64,000 nucleotides of DNA, taken from Hydrolagus affinis. Lineage: Eukaryota. Every line of letters starts with the position of its first letter. Positions within the stretch are counted from its first letter, which is position 1. A model generated the notes under the pieces. It saw only the letters and a list, made by a program, of their open reading frames with translations. It ran no database searches and was not told where the DNA came from. Shown piece by piece: positions 38,765-51,974 of the stretch. Position numbers and translations under genes: made by a program. The stretch lies in NCBI GenBank assembly GCA_012026655.1, contig JAAILG010000090.1:1-64000 (forward strand), written 5' to 3'.

Positions 38765-39515
38765 GTAAGCAAAGGTCAAAGCTCCAACCCAACCTTCGTC
38801 CCGTCCAATAAAATTTTACTCTATTTTGTCACATAGGTCTTAGCTTTTCTTTTGTTCCTTCTTCACTTTTGTAGGAAAGCAAACAATAAAAAACATCTTG
38901 TCCCTTTTTCTCATGCTAACTAAATATCTAACATTGTTTTTTCAATAAACTCGTATCACAAATCAAGCGTCTTGTTTTTAATTTGCATCTGTAGTAGCAC
39001 TAGGAAACCGAATGCCTGCATAACCTTGCTTACAGCTTTGTAGAACCGCATGGCCAAGCAACTTCCCATGTTTTTCCTTCACTCTATTGTCCTTTCCCAA
39101 ACGCTAGTTCAGCAAGTGTGATTTGTGATTTTCAGCATCCAGCTTTGGTAACAAGAAATGGCAGATGTTGACAGCTGTGCTAACTTGTAGGTCTTCCTAT
39201 TCTGCACTTTACTCATTTTTTTGCTACATTCCTATCTTTAAAGTGCTTTAAACCTTGCTGGATTTCCAACATCCAAAATGTTGGTTAAAGCTGTTTAATT
39301 GCTCCTGCTTTCACTGCATGTCTTGTTTATTTCTTATGTGATTATTAGCAGTAAGAACTGTTAGATGTAGAATTTGCCAGACCTTAATAATAAAGCATCA
39401 ATGGAAGTTATATGCTTTATTTAGAGCTGTTAGTAGAGCATGTAATTAAATGCATGTGATGTTGGTTTTCTCATGTGCTTGAACATTTATCCTGTGCTGC
39501 TTTGGTGAACAGTAG

Positions 39516-39637
39516 GCAACGAAGAAATGAAAAACATCAAAAAGGAAAGCACAGAGGAACTCGCAGCAAGCCACACAGACAATGTGACAGATGAGGACTT
39601 GGAGATGTTCAAGCAAGCACGGGACCTGTCACTGAAG
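39516..39637 (+). CDS. KAT6B: KAT6B coding exon 9 equivalent (alternative start 39513 via NAGNAG)
   Basis: CAGTAG tandem acceptor, GTgagg donor, 122 bp, phase 1-0; (G)NEEMKNIKKESTEELAASHTDNVTDEDLEMFKQARDLSLK resembles human VTEEDLDVFKQAQELSWE region. Confidence 0.92.
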
Positions 39638-41672
39638 GTGAGGCTTATTGTTTAACCATTTGAAAAAAATATCAGGACTAAACTTATTATTCTGCACATA
39701 TGGATTTTTTCAGCATTGGCTAAAATATTAACCTTTGTACATAATGAATATGTTTGTTACCGTTTTGCCTACTTCATTGCTGTCTCAATCACAGATACGT
39801 CATAATGCTATTAGTCCATGCAAAAATTGTAAGTTTTAACAGTAAATGAAATGCAAACATTTTGGTGCATCTTCTATACTAATAACAAATCTACTTCTAT
39901 CTTCTTCAATTTTCTTCTTATAGTAATAAAACGACAATGTCTGTCTGCGATTCAAGAAGGATCTCAATAACCAATAACCAATTGACATAGAGACATGATT
40001 TATATCTCATCAGTAAGGTGTTGCCTCTGGGAGTGACATGGGCATATTGTTTTCTGAGTTATTTCAGTCTTGCGTTTTTCACTGCAGGTACGCCTGTTGG
40101 CCACTGAGTCAAAGTGGTACTTTGGCATTGTGTGACACAGAACATGCATACATGTAAGCACGCACTGCAATTACACCTGGTGGCTGCGGTGGCTGACTGT
40201 GGCGCTGTGGCATCCTGCATTACAGAGCACTCAAGTAGGAACAAAGCATAGATAAACCTAAGCTGTAACAACAACAAAATAAAATTTTTAAAGCACCTTT
40301 CACGTTGGGAGGACATCCCAGTGGTTACAAATTATACGTTATGTTTATCATTATAAAGATGCCTAAGCGACAATCAAACCTTTCAAGGATAAGTAAAAAT
40401 GCTAGAAAGTAAGTAACAACAAGTAAAATGAAGTTGAAGAACCATTTCCTCCCACAGGAGTCCTCTCAGATGAGTACAGATAAGGATGAAATATCTGTGT
40501 GTATGTAATGTATTCCATATTGGATCCTTTGGTTGCATGGTAGCAGCAACAGGGATAGCTGATTTTATATAAAAATAACTATTTTAAATAATGTGTTAAT
40601 CTGCAATAGAGTTAGTAGTGAACAACAAATACTTTTTGCATTTATGATAACAATTATATAACCTTGAAGACAGGCAGGGAACTCTTAATTTTTGGAAATA
40701 GTTACATTTCAAATGAATGGCAGGCTATACAGTTGCTCATAATGCATAGCTATGGTACATGCCATATATAAGAATTATTCCATTTTATTTTACAGATTGT
40801 GGCAGGAAAATAAAATAATCTATTTTACAGTATATTGTTAGGTTGGAATATATTTATGGGTCAGATAACTTTCCGAATCCCCCTCAGGCTTTGCTTTCAG
40901 ATTGTATGGTGTCATCTGACCTCATGTATGTTGCAGTCTTTTACCAGCTTCCAAGGCAACTTTGTGTTGAACTTGCCAGCCTGCTGTATCTCCTTATGTG
41001 AGTTATGACATTGAAATGAATAGAGGCTTAACTTAACTGTGGAGATGGAATGTAAAAGGAGGACAGTCTAAAATTAGTGCAAATGTATTGCATGGAATTT
41101 TATTTTATTAAAAAGTGGCAGAATTAAAGGATTAACTGCAAGTGTTCACATGGTAATATAAGAACTAAGTAGTTCAAGTAGCTTAAGCTTTGTGTGAAAG
41201 GTTTAAGTGCATTTTAAATTTAGACTAGTGGCTAGCTAACGTCCTTTAACCCAAATAGTCTCTTGTGATATAAATTACATGCACTTAATGGGAAAAGGTT
41301 AAGTTTTTTAAATTGTTATATATGAATTACAGTGTAAAATTATAACTGTATTAATTAAGTCCTCTTTTGCTCAAGCACTCCAGATGTCATTGCATATGAT
41401 CTGTTGTCAAATTTATCCATGAAGAAACCAAGATGTTGTCCAATATAAATAATAATATTATTTTTCCATATTTAGCGTTTGGCTTTCTTTACGTTTGCTC
41501 ACACCAGTAATTTCTGGTGCGAATGTTATAATTATTTGAAATTTGTTGAAAAAACCTTGCAGCAGAATTTACAAATCAAAATTCACAGCTAATAGATGCA
41601 TATAGATGTTACAAAAGAAAGGTGTAAATCTGAGTCAATTTATAATTAAGTGGTAGATAGGTGTCACTAATT

Positions 41673-41800
41673 ACAATAATAATCCTTACATTTGATACAG
41701 CGCTTTTTACATCTTATTGTCGCCTCAAAGCGCTTCACAGAATATACTGTAAAGTGAATTGACCGTATGTTTGTGGGTGAAACGTGGCAGCCAATTGCTA
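41673..41800 (-). mobile_element. Deu-domain SINE 3' part
   Basis: aataataatccttacatttgatacagcgc..ctcaaagcgcttcacagaatatactgtaaagtgaattgac, close to 30934 copy. Confidence 0.88.
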
Positions 41801-41869
41801 TAATAGTAAAGCAGGTGCCATCTTAACTCACTGTCACCTAATGACAGGACTTTGAACTCACACATTTCA

Positions 41870-42150
41870 GGCTGATACTCCATTGCAGTGATGGGGGGTC
41901 TTGCACTGATCTTTAGGTGAGAAGTTAAACCAAGGTCCAGTCAAGTGGACATTAAAGATGCCATAGCACTTTATCCATGAGTTTCTTCTGGCGTTCTGAC
42001 CAACAAATAAAATTGATCATTCATTTCATATCTGTTTGGGATATTGTTGGATCAATTTAGCTGCTCAGATCACCTGCAAAATATGCAAATCATTTTACAG
42101 TATATCCCGTGAACCCTTTGAGATATCCTTCCAGAATGAAAGGTGCTATA
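41870..42150 (+). mobile_element. Older Deu-domain SINE copy
   Basis: ggctgatactccattgcagtg..gttaaaccaaggtcc..gtggacattaaagatgccatagcact..gaaaggtgctatat. Confidence 0.7.
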
Positions 42151-43109
42151 TCTTTTTGCATGTGTCAGACACCTAGATAACCAAACAAAAATGTAAGGAT
42201 TATTATGCGCTACATTGACCACAGACAGGAGTTGAAGAGGTGGAAAACATTATTCAGTAAAAAATTGTTTCCTTCTTGGAAAGAGCACTTCTTCCTTTTG
42301 CGACTCATACTTTTCTAATAACTCTAGGTCCTTTTCTTTAGAGTACGATTTGCTATACTGACCAGGAAAAAAAATGCTAAAATATTGCTTATTAAATCAA
42401 GCAGAATATATTTTGCAATTCAGAGAGTTACAGATGAAGTTCATTAGCTCGTGCCCTTTAGACACAGAATTACTCGGTTACACTGAGTACTTGATTAGCA
42501 CCTGAGATGCGATGATTCTCCATTGAGTAGCAAATTACTTTCAACTTTAAACTAAGGGAGAAGATAAAAAAAAACTTGTTCATTTGAGAGATTAATGAGG
42601 ATGACAAACCATACCTAATAGCTCAGAGCAACATATAATAAATTGACACATGAGGTGGTGTTAGTCAGTATGTTGATTGCCTACAGAGTATCACTGACTG
42701 GAGGCCAGGTGGAAGGCATTGAACTGGCTCATTACACCAAACCCATATCAGTCTGACACTGATGGAAGAACAAGAAACAGGGAATCTGCCTTGATTTTAG
42801 GCCAAGAGTAAAAGGAAAGTAATACTTTGAACGTTACTGAGTCCCACTCTCAACAGCAATCAGAAATAATTCTGTCATATTTTACTATTCCTCAATCAAT
42901 TTGGAGGAGTGCAAAAGAAACGTTGCTATTCATATTGCAGAGCATCTGTGCTACCAGAGATCGTAACATAAAGTATTAAAAGCACATTTGAAACATGTGG
43001 TATCTTTGGATGAAGGGCAAAGTAAGAATGTACTGCCTGTACTTGAATTAATAAATAATCCTTATATTTGGTATAGCATTTTCTTCCAACTTTTTCTGTC
43101 ATTTGTCCT

Positions 43110-43810
43110 CATCTTAAATGGGAAAATTGTGAAAAGTAGAATTTGATATAGAAAAATGTGGTGGTGAGAATTAGGTGTGGATTGATGCTGTAATGGAGTT
43201 CTCATTGGAGTAGATGAATGGAGATCTGGAGGGACAAGTGGGATTACGAGTAGATAAATCTGTTGAAAGGACAAATGAACTTTATGTACAGAGATGTTGA
43301 ATAGAAAAATAAAGAAGTTAGTGCACTGGTTATGTCACAGTTCGAATATTGTGCTCAGGTTTGAGCGACACATTGAAAGGATATTAGTTTTGCCGCATAG
43401 CTTCACAAGGATGATCCTGGAGATTCAAAGATATAATTATGAGGAGAAGCTCCAGAGGCTAAGTGTCTTCCCACTGGAACAGAGAAGGCTGAGGATAATA
43501 TGATAGAGGTGTTTAAATTGATTAAAAGGTTTGAGAGAATTAATCATGAAACACTATTTTCTCTTGTAAGGGAATCGATGACAAGAGGGCATGAATTCCA
43601 GATTGTGATGAGGGAAATAAAAGGAGACGATCTAGAGGACTCCAGAGGGTTGTCAGGATAAGGATTGATTTACCAGGGCTGCCTGTTAGAGCAATCAATT
43701 GGGGGCATGCAGGTGAAATATATTAAAGGGTACATGGAAAGAGGAGGAAATACCAGCACAAAATAATGGGCTGAAAGGCTTCCTACTATGCCATACGTTT
43801 CTCTAGTTCT
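43110..43810 (+). mobile_element. Degraded CR1 LINE 3' end
   Basis: FTRMILEIQRYNYEEKLQRLSVFPLEQRRLR, then MIEVFK, TRGH and tail atgggctgaaaggcttcct. Confidence 0.85.
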
Positions 43811-44299
43811 GTGATGTAAATCTTGTTTGATGTATTTTGGGCAGTTGAGTCATCAGATAAAGCTGGAGGAATCCCAGTTATTTAATGCTTGTTATTTATC
43901 AAAGCCTGTGTCCAGACATTGGAAAATGATTTTCTGACCATTATGGCCTGGACTTTTTCCCAGGTTTGTACATATTTAGGTGACATTGTTCCTGCAGCTG
44001 TTGGGTCTGTTAGCATAAAGCATGCTTTTATGTGCAGTGCCTGATCACTAATAGTTTGTATTCTCCTACTCTAGGTGGATGGTGCCTCAGAGCCAGAGTC
44101 GCGAGGCAACTCACCCATACTCAAAAGGATGATGTTTGACCTCCATGATCCCATGTTCTTAGTTTGCATACCAGTCTTTGATGCTTCAATAGTTTGGGTA
44201 TTTTTATCTACCACGCCTGTACTGCTGTAATTTTAGGCTTTTTCTTGCCCTGTCTGAAGAGGAGAATTTAGGGCAAGGGCAGAAATAGGTGCACACTGC

Positions 44300-45830
44300 A
44301 GAGCAGTTAGCCATGGGGAGCATTTTTCTATCCCGTCATAGCTTCCACTATCCCCAGAAAGGAATCTGCAAGGTATCTCTTGATGGATGGAACATCTTTG
44401 GATCCACCTTGATGCCTTGTCTCTTAAAATTGTAAATGGAAGATGGCTAAGAAACTATATTGAAACGAGTTCTTCGATCGATGGCTATGATGAATGTTTA
44501 CCTGATGATTGACTTTGAAATTATCTCCAAGCCATTGCTGATACTAGTTGATCGAAACACAAAGTCTTGACAACTGAACTGCCATTTGATTAAGCGGCAT
44601 CAGCTACTGAGATTTGAAACACCTCTTGCTGTAAAATGAAGGCATTCTAAAGCGAACATGTGGAGTATTAGTACCAGCCTGAAACTTCTATGCAAAGAAA
44701 ATTATGCTCATAACTGAAAATATCTGTTCTGAAGACTTGTTCCAAAAACACTCTTGCCTCACAGGCCACTGCTGTCCGATTTGATGAGCAAGAGTTCCTC
44801 TGCTTTGCAAGTAAACATATCTTAGCACAGGTTCTCGTGCTACATGTGAATTATCTGACAACTGGCTCTCCGGAGGAGTCAGCTAGATGCTTGAAAGGGG
44901 TGATGAGCCTCCATGTTGAAGGATGTTTCACTTTACTGGTTGGGAAGATTAAATGCAATCTATCAAGGACAAAAATATATTTGAGCCTGAACTACAAAAT
45001 ATACTGTATATTGAGCTTTTTATAGGTGGAGTTTCAGAAAGGTTTGAGTACCAACATTTGGGGTATGTAAGATGTGGCTCTATGCAAACCTCTATGATGG
45101 CTCAAATCCCTTCATGTTCAGGTTGTTCACATCACCTGTTTCTCCCGAATTATTCAGTGTGAACCACCAGTGGAATCCTAATGTTGTCATATGATTATTC
45201 ACAAAGCCACCTATTTGGGGCAGTGGAGATCTTTGAATCTATTACTTCACATTCACTGCAAGCACTAAACTGCAAGTTTTGTTTTCTAACAGCTATTTCC
45301 TCAGCTGGAAGACTTTGTGGACCCTCCCCTTAGATTTCTACAGTCATTTTCTCCAAGGCAAGGGCATGTTCTGAGTTAACTGAGTACTGACTGCTATTGT
45401 GTTCCTTCCTTTCACTGGTTTCTTATAGTCACCAGTGGTCAAAGTCAATAAAGGATTAGTGAAGAGCCCATTAAGGAGAAAAGGTGTTTTTCAAAGTATT
45501 TCTCTTCATTAATCCTTATGAGCTCCCTTACCTTTTCCCTATTAGTTAGCTTTACTAGTTATTGTTCTGATTTCTATTTCTGACCATGTCACTAAAGTCT
45601 TAACTGCTTCAGAAGTACTCCTGACTGGTGTGCAAACTTAGCAACAGAGGATTGTGAGAGGTGCAATGGTATTATCCTTTTCAGTATTCATAAGTTGCCT
45701 CCTACCTCTGGTTGTAGGGCATCATCCACCTAGGGTATAAGAATACAACGGATTAGTGAAGAGGAATACTCTGAAAAGATTCGTTGAAGTACATTTTCCT
45801 TCATGATGTGTTACATCTGACTTCATGCAC
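44300..45830 (+). mobile_element. Highly decayed DIRS-like (tyrosine recombinase) retrotransposon
   Basis: Frameshifted motifs in DIRS order: SPSHC*Y (44524), LPFD*AAS (44579, cf. LPFGLxSAP), QWNPNVVI*LFTKPP (45168, cf. WDLxxVLxxLxxPP), LNCKFCFLTAISSAGRL (45265, cf. LxLKTxFLLAITSARR). Confidence 0.55.
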
Positions 45831-46807
45831 ATCATCAAGTTAGATCATCTCTCAATGGACCCTCAGTGTACTAAATAGGTGAGAATTTTTTCATTGGTAA
45901 ACTGATTTGAGTAGAATATCAGACATTTCTCTACAGGAATTACCTCAGTTTTTTCCAGGGATGCATGGTTTTGATATATACCATTAAGCTCTCTGGGATG
46001 TTGCCCTGCATGAGGAGCACTATATAAATACAAGTTGTTGATGTTGCTTGATTTTCAGACAGCTTAATCTGTTCAGTGGCATGTAACCATTTCAAATGCT
46101 GAAAAGTGAGCAACATCAGCAAGCAATTTCTGAGTGAGAATGGTTTAGCATTTTTTTTCTGTTGGAATATATATCTGTGCAAGCGGTTTCTCCAACAGCA
46201 TTCGGAGAGAGAAGTGATTCACAATGCAAAATTAATGACAGCAAAAATAATTTTAGTAAGTATATAAATAAGTACAACCCTGGAAGCTAAATCAGTTACT
46301 CAATTAATTCCAAAAGAGAGCAACCATATCCTTCAGCTCCTACGTTTTTTTATTCCAGCCGCCGATATTCCAGTATTCCTTCAGAAAGTGAAAAATAGTA
46401 AGGTCATTAATTGTCCTTGGTTTTAAGTTTCAATGGAAACTGTAAATTTGGTTATTCAAACACTCTTTCAGAGAATAATGGAAATTGTGCCATCTGCTCC
46501 ATTTCTTTGGTGCACACCTACTGCAGTTGAACAGGTGGAGCTATTATGCGGGAGGGTATGAGGATTTTAAATTGACTGATCAACATGTCTTTATGAATAT
46601 AAGCTTCACAATTGAAAGGAATTTCCAATATGTAAGTGGATCATGAAGTCCATCATTGCTTCCTTTTGATTTCGTTTTTTTAATCTACTGTTTACAGATT
46701 TGTTTAAAAATCAACTTCAATTGAAAGATGCTTGAAGTATCAAGTGAAGAGTAAACTGAAATCTTGGGGAAATATCCAAATTTAAACTCCAGTCAATGAG
46801 TGTGACT

Positions 46808-47558
46808 TAACAATAAAATGATATTTGTATAGCTCCTTTCAAGTTGGGAGGACGTCCCAAGTCGTTGGACAGTCAATGTTTCGGAACCGAGCTGGGATCG
46901 AGTTGAGGTGGGGGGCGGAAGGAAGTGGTGTGGGGGAAAGGCGAGGGTGACCAATGGCACATTAGAAGAGGAGGGTCTTGAGGTGGGACTTGAAGGAGGC
47001 TAGAGAGGGGGCGAGGAGGAGGGATTGTGGGATGAAATTCCAAAGGTTGGGGGCAGAGTGGCTGAAGGCTTGCCATCCGATGGTGGGTTGGTTGGGTCGA
47101 GGAATATGGGGCAAGCCGGAGCCCGCTAAGCAGAGGGAACCAGCAGTTTGGTAGGGATTTAGAAGGTCGTATAGATAGGGTGGGGCAAGACCATGCAAGG
47201 TTTTGAAGGTGAGGACCAGAATCTTGAATTGAATCGTCTGAGTGACCGGAAGCCAGTGGAGTTGGGCGAGAATGGAGGTGATAGGGTCGCGGAGCCTGGT
47301 GCAGGAGAAGACATGGGCTGCAGAGTTCTGGATAATCTGTAGCCTATGGAGCGAGGAATTGGGGAGGCCAACAAGCAGATCATTGGCATAGTTGAGCCTG
47401 GACATAATGAAGGCATGAATGAGTTTCAGCAGCCTGAGGGGTGAGGTAGTGGCAGAGTCGGGCAATGTTGCGGATGTGAAGGAAGGCAGAGCATGGCATG
47501 GATGTGGAAGAGAAAAGAGTGTTGAGGATCAAACAAGACCCCTAGGTTCCTGACTGGC
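46808..47558 (-). mobile_element. L2 LINE, 5'-truncated, ORF2 C-terminus plus 3' UTR
   Basis: PVRNLGVLFD, AFLHIRNIAR, LIHAFIMSRLNYAN.LLVGLP..LQIIQNSAA..LHWLPV..FKIL..HGLAPPYL; tail ttgggacgtcctcc..aaaggagctatacaaat. Confidence 0.95.
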
Positions 47559-48799
47559 TTAATAGCAGATCTCTAATATATAGTAGGTTTACCTAACTTT
47601 TGTCATGAAAACTGTAAAGGGAAGATCCCATGTTATCAGTCATTGAACAATCCAGGTAAAGAGGAGTTATTATGGATATGATTCTGTCAAGGATCTGTGT
47701 TTTCAAACATTGAAACATTCTTGGTGTCACATTTTAGCATTTCTAAATGTGCGTTCTCCGTTTTATTAAATTCTTTTCATGAGGCTATAGTCTCACAGTT
47801 GAATTGCATTACTCTTTATGATTACTTCTGAGTTCCATTCAGCCTTCAAAGCCATATCCCACAGAACTGTGATATTAACAAGGATACTGATAGCAACCGA
47901 GTAGAATTATCCACAGCTCAGGTATTCATCGTATTGTAGGTGCTTTCTCCCATCTTGTTACCCACCCCCATTCACCCTCCCTCCCCCCCTACTTTTTATA
48001 TGTTCTGTTTACAAAGTAGTAGAGGAGAATTTGGCAGTTTGATAGTTTCCTGTATAATGCAAAGTTTATATGGTAACTGAGCAACCCTCGTAATAATAAG
48101 AAGAATAATCCTTGCATTTGATCTAGTGCTTCATCAAGTCATCAGGATTACACTGTACAAGCAAATGAAGAAGATCTCCAGTGCAAGGCAATGTACCTAT
48201 TTCTCAAGCAAAATGGAAAAGGAGATTGACTAGCTGGAGCTGAGAATTGTACTCTCAGGGAATGTTACAAATGAGAATTTAAGTGATGGGCTGGAAAGAA
48301 AAAAAATGTCTATCTCTACCTCTCAAAAGTAACTCAAGGTCATTGATTTTAAAACACCAGGGGAAAACCACATCTGACAGTTTCCAAGCTAGTTGAATGT
48401 CATCTTGTTGGGAGTATAAATAAGAGAAGTTAACTGGATGGATGCATCTTTTACCTTCCAGGATCTTTTCCCAATATGCACAGAAGTGATATTTCAGAAG
48501 ACAGCTGTTTGATGTGTGCAGATCAGAGAGCTACTGGCAAATAAATAATAAAAATAATATTTCTTGCATTTTATTTAGTGCCTTGTTGCATTTTTGAGAT
48601 GTCTTAGAAAGCGCTTTGCAGAATACTGGGCAAATGGTTCCATTCAGTTAGGGAAACACATTAATTTTATTTCTGCTGCTTTATATATGCAACAATACTC
48701 AGGTAGCTTCATTCATACTTGACCTAAGCGTACAAAGCATCTTCATATTAAAGTGCAGGAGCTTGATGCTACTGCTACTGCAGATAAAGGCAGGTGGTG

Positions 48800-49480
48800 C
48801 ATCTGTGAAACTAATTGGTGTCTTGTGCGTATTTCCGCACAGGGATTGAAGAGTCCACCACAGCAAAAAGATTCAAAACCATAGAAGATCTTACATCTTA
48901 ACTTCCAAAATGTTCTTGACAGTACTTTCTCAGATTGTGACAACTCTATCTTTAGACGACTGGCTACCAATAGGTCACTCAAGATGTTGGTTGTTCTGTT
49001 CACCAAGATGTTAACTGGATTTTATAGTAAAAATCAAAAACATTCTCAACTAACTGTGTGAAAGACTTGTCCTTTGCACAACCTTTGTTCTAAACTATTC
49101 AAGACAAGGTATTGTTACTCTGCAGAGTTTATGTCAAGCTAAATGTGATGGGTAGCTCCTGGGACTGATGACAGCAACTAGATTCTTTTTTGACAAACCA
49201 AACTCTCCTGGGATAGATTTCATAGCGACCTCCCGGACTCAACAGTCATTGAGATTCTTATACAGTAGCCTTCAATAGAATGCCAAATCCCAAGGATTGG
49301 GGGTATATTTATACCCTCTTTCGTCTGGTAGTCCAGAACAATCCAGATTTGAGCAGTCTTTCCCCTGAATACTTATTGTCCAAGAAAATCAACAGTTTGG
49401 GACATACTGACTGAGCATTGATCAACCCTTCCAGAACTCAAATGGACAGAATTCAGTAATACAGATAAGAAGGTTGCTAT
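48800..49480 (+). mobile_element. Second decayed DIRS-like RT/RNase H fragment
   Basis: GLKSPP (cf. GLxSAP), SLDDWL at 48949-48966 (cf. YLDDWL), SAEFM/KLNVM at 49119 (cf. AxHIPGxxNxxAD), IDFIATS at 49213 (cf. IDLFAS). Confidence 0.5.
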
Positions 49481-49544
49481 CACGAAATCCACAAAATCTC
49501 CAATTGATTATTGGGAGGGCAAATGTATCTAGAATTGGTTTGCT

Positions 49545-49790
49545 GCCACTTTGAGTTCATGGTTGATACTCCAGTGCAGCGTTGGGGGTGCATTGTATTC
49601 CAAAAAATGCATTACTTCAGACAAGATAATAAATCAAAGTCCTGTTTACCTGTTGAAATGGATGCTATTGAAGCAATGATATAATTTGAAGAGAGATGAG
49701 TGTTTCTCTTGGTGTCCTGTCTAATAATCCTTTTAAATTGGTTATTCACCCCTTGGTTGTTTATGCAAATTGACTGCCACATTTGAAAGA
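49545..49790 (+). mobile_element. Older Deu-domain SINE copy
   Basis: ggttgatactccagtgcag..tttctcttggtgtcctg..caaattgactgccacattt, similar to 41870. Confidence 0.6.
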
Positions 49791-51974
49791 GTGAAATGTA
49801 GTTAAATGGTGGAGCTACCCTGTCTTAGTTGCTTGGACAGAGCAGTTTTTAAATCAGATATGATTTTGCCAAAAAATGAGTGAGTTTCACTTACCTATCA
49901 GTAAATCACGTTTTTCACTTAACTCAACAATCACCTTGCTGAAGCTTCACTTTTATCACAATGAAAGTATGTCTCACTGTTGCTAATCACTGTTCTTTAG
50001 CTTTCTGCAAAAATAAAACTTAAGTATTTCTCAACTGAGTCAATCTATTATTTTCTATGGGAACAAAACTTCAGATAAAGTGGTCAATGAGTACTGAGTA
50101 GTAAATTCAAAGCTAATCTGTACCGAGGCAAAAATTATCAGGGAAACTTGAAGTTGCCTTCCACTTTGCTGTAGCAGCTTAATGGATCATCCAGTGCTAT
50201 CTAAAAAAACAACTACTGGAGTAAGATGTATGCTTTAATCAAACATAATTGTTTTGATCTGAAAGATCATAATTCTTTAATCATTTATGGCTTAGAGCAT
50301 TTATGTTTTAAGAATCCACTATCAATTTCTGTACTATTTGGTCCGATTCAGATGTGTTGAACAAATAAACAAGAAAGTTATATTAATTACCATTAATGTG
50401 GCCTTACCTGTTCTTTGACAGTAATTCAACCTTAACATGTAAAACTTCTGCCCAGCCTTCTATCTTTTCTTTCAGAACTGTTACTGCTTGGAGTCTTTAA
50501 TTTTAATATTACATTATGTTGCACTGATTATCTTGTTTTCCAATGTATCTGTAAAGTCTTTTCAAGTTGAAAAACTTGTTTAATATTTTATTCAGACTGT
50601 GATCTCAGATTCCTGGTGGGGGAATATTATACAGTATGATCAAAAATGCTAGCACAAGGATTTTCTAATCTAGATGGTAATCTCATGTTTTCAAAGAATA
50701 CAGAAGACCTTATCTGTGGAAGGTGGTTATTATCTGGTAGCTACTTCAGAAGTAGAATAACCGGCAATGGAAGTATGCTTCTGTAGACAAGACTTACATC
50801 ACTGTTTTTTTAAAAAAACATAATGAAACTTGTATGTTGAAATAAACATTTCACATTGTGATATTCGAAATGTTCATTTAGAATAGATTGAGCCCCTCCT
50901 CTTAAGGAAGACAGATTCTACTCTGATTAAATTTGCCTCAACAAGATGGAACTTGCCGAATCTGTTTGTTTCCTCTTGCTGGACCTCAAACTGATATACA
51001 ATCTTCATATTCACACGAGTTTCACTCAAAATGTTGCTGGAAATCATACATTAGAGTGCAGAATTCTTTGGCTAATGTTCAATAATTGAATTCAAATTGT
51101 TGTTGAATGCAATTGACTTTTAGGATTTGCTGCCTTTGGCTCCTCATAGTCTTCTCTATCATTGGACCTCCATTGAGAAGCTTTGTGTATTTCAGTACAG
51201 TGGCATATCTTTGCTTGTGATAGCATCCTTCTGTGAAGACTGAAACCTTGGTTTTAAATCTCCAGAATCTATCTTTGGAAATGTTTGAACATTTTTGACC
51301 CCCTTAGTTTTCAGTAGTAGAGATAGGCAAGTGGTTGGGATCTATTAATACTGGTAGTAATCACAAAAGGATGCCCAAAACGCTTTACATTAATATTCTC
51401 CAGAAATAAAAATTGCAGTTATTCCTGCATGACCTGTTCTCTGGTCAAAATTCTTTGATTTTTTTGGGTTTAGATTTGCTTGTGAAGACTCCAACACAAA
51501 TCAGCACTGATTTAATTTCCCGTTTGTTTTCGGCCATAGCCCCCTCCACAGATGCCAGGTGAGACAAAAGATTAGTGAGGCTGAGCTGCAGGGAATCAGT
51601 TGCTTGAGGTAAGGATTAGTACATTACCCAAATAATTTGCTAGTCCAGTATTTCATTGGAGGTCTAAAGCATCATGGATAGGTTGGCAGACTTCAATTAC
51701 GGTATTTACAGTATTTATATAATTTGAGATGAAGCAGAGAGAATAAGACATCTCATTTTGTATGGAACGTCAATACTAAGTACTCAGGTTTACTATAGCA
51801 ATGAAGGAAATAGAGGAAATGTCCTATCAGTGTGTTTTGAGAACGTTCTTAATCCTCATCCAAGAAGAGCTCAACCTAATATTGGACAGCATTACTTATG
51901 ATGACACTACTAATTCAATTGTCAAGACTTCTTGACTTAAAGATTTATTTTATTTGTTTTTTGTGCTCAACAAA

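Noticed and set aside
37837-38811. 324-aa ORF as a stand-alone gene
   Set aside because: It is exon 8 plus intronic flanks; the ATG lies in the polypyrimidine region upstream of the acceptor
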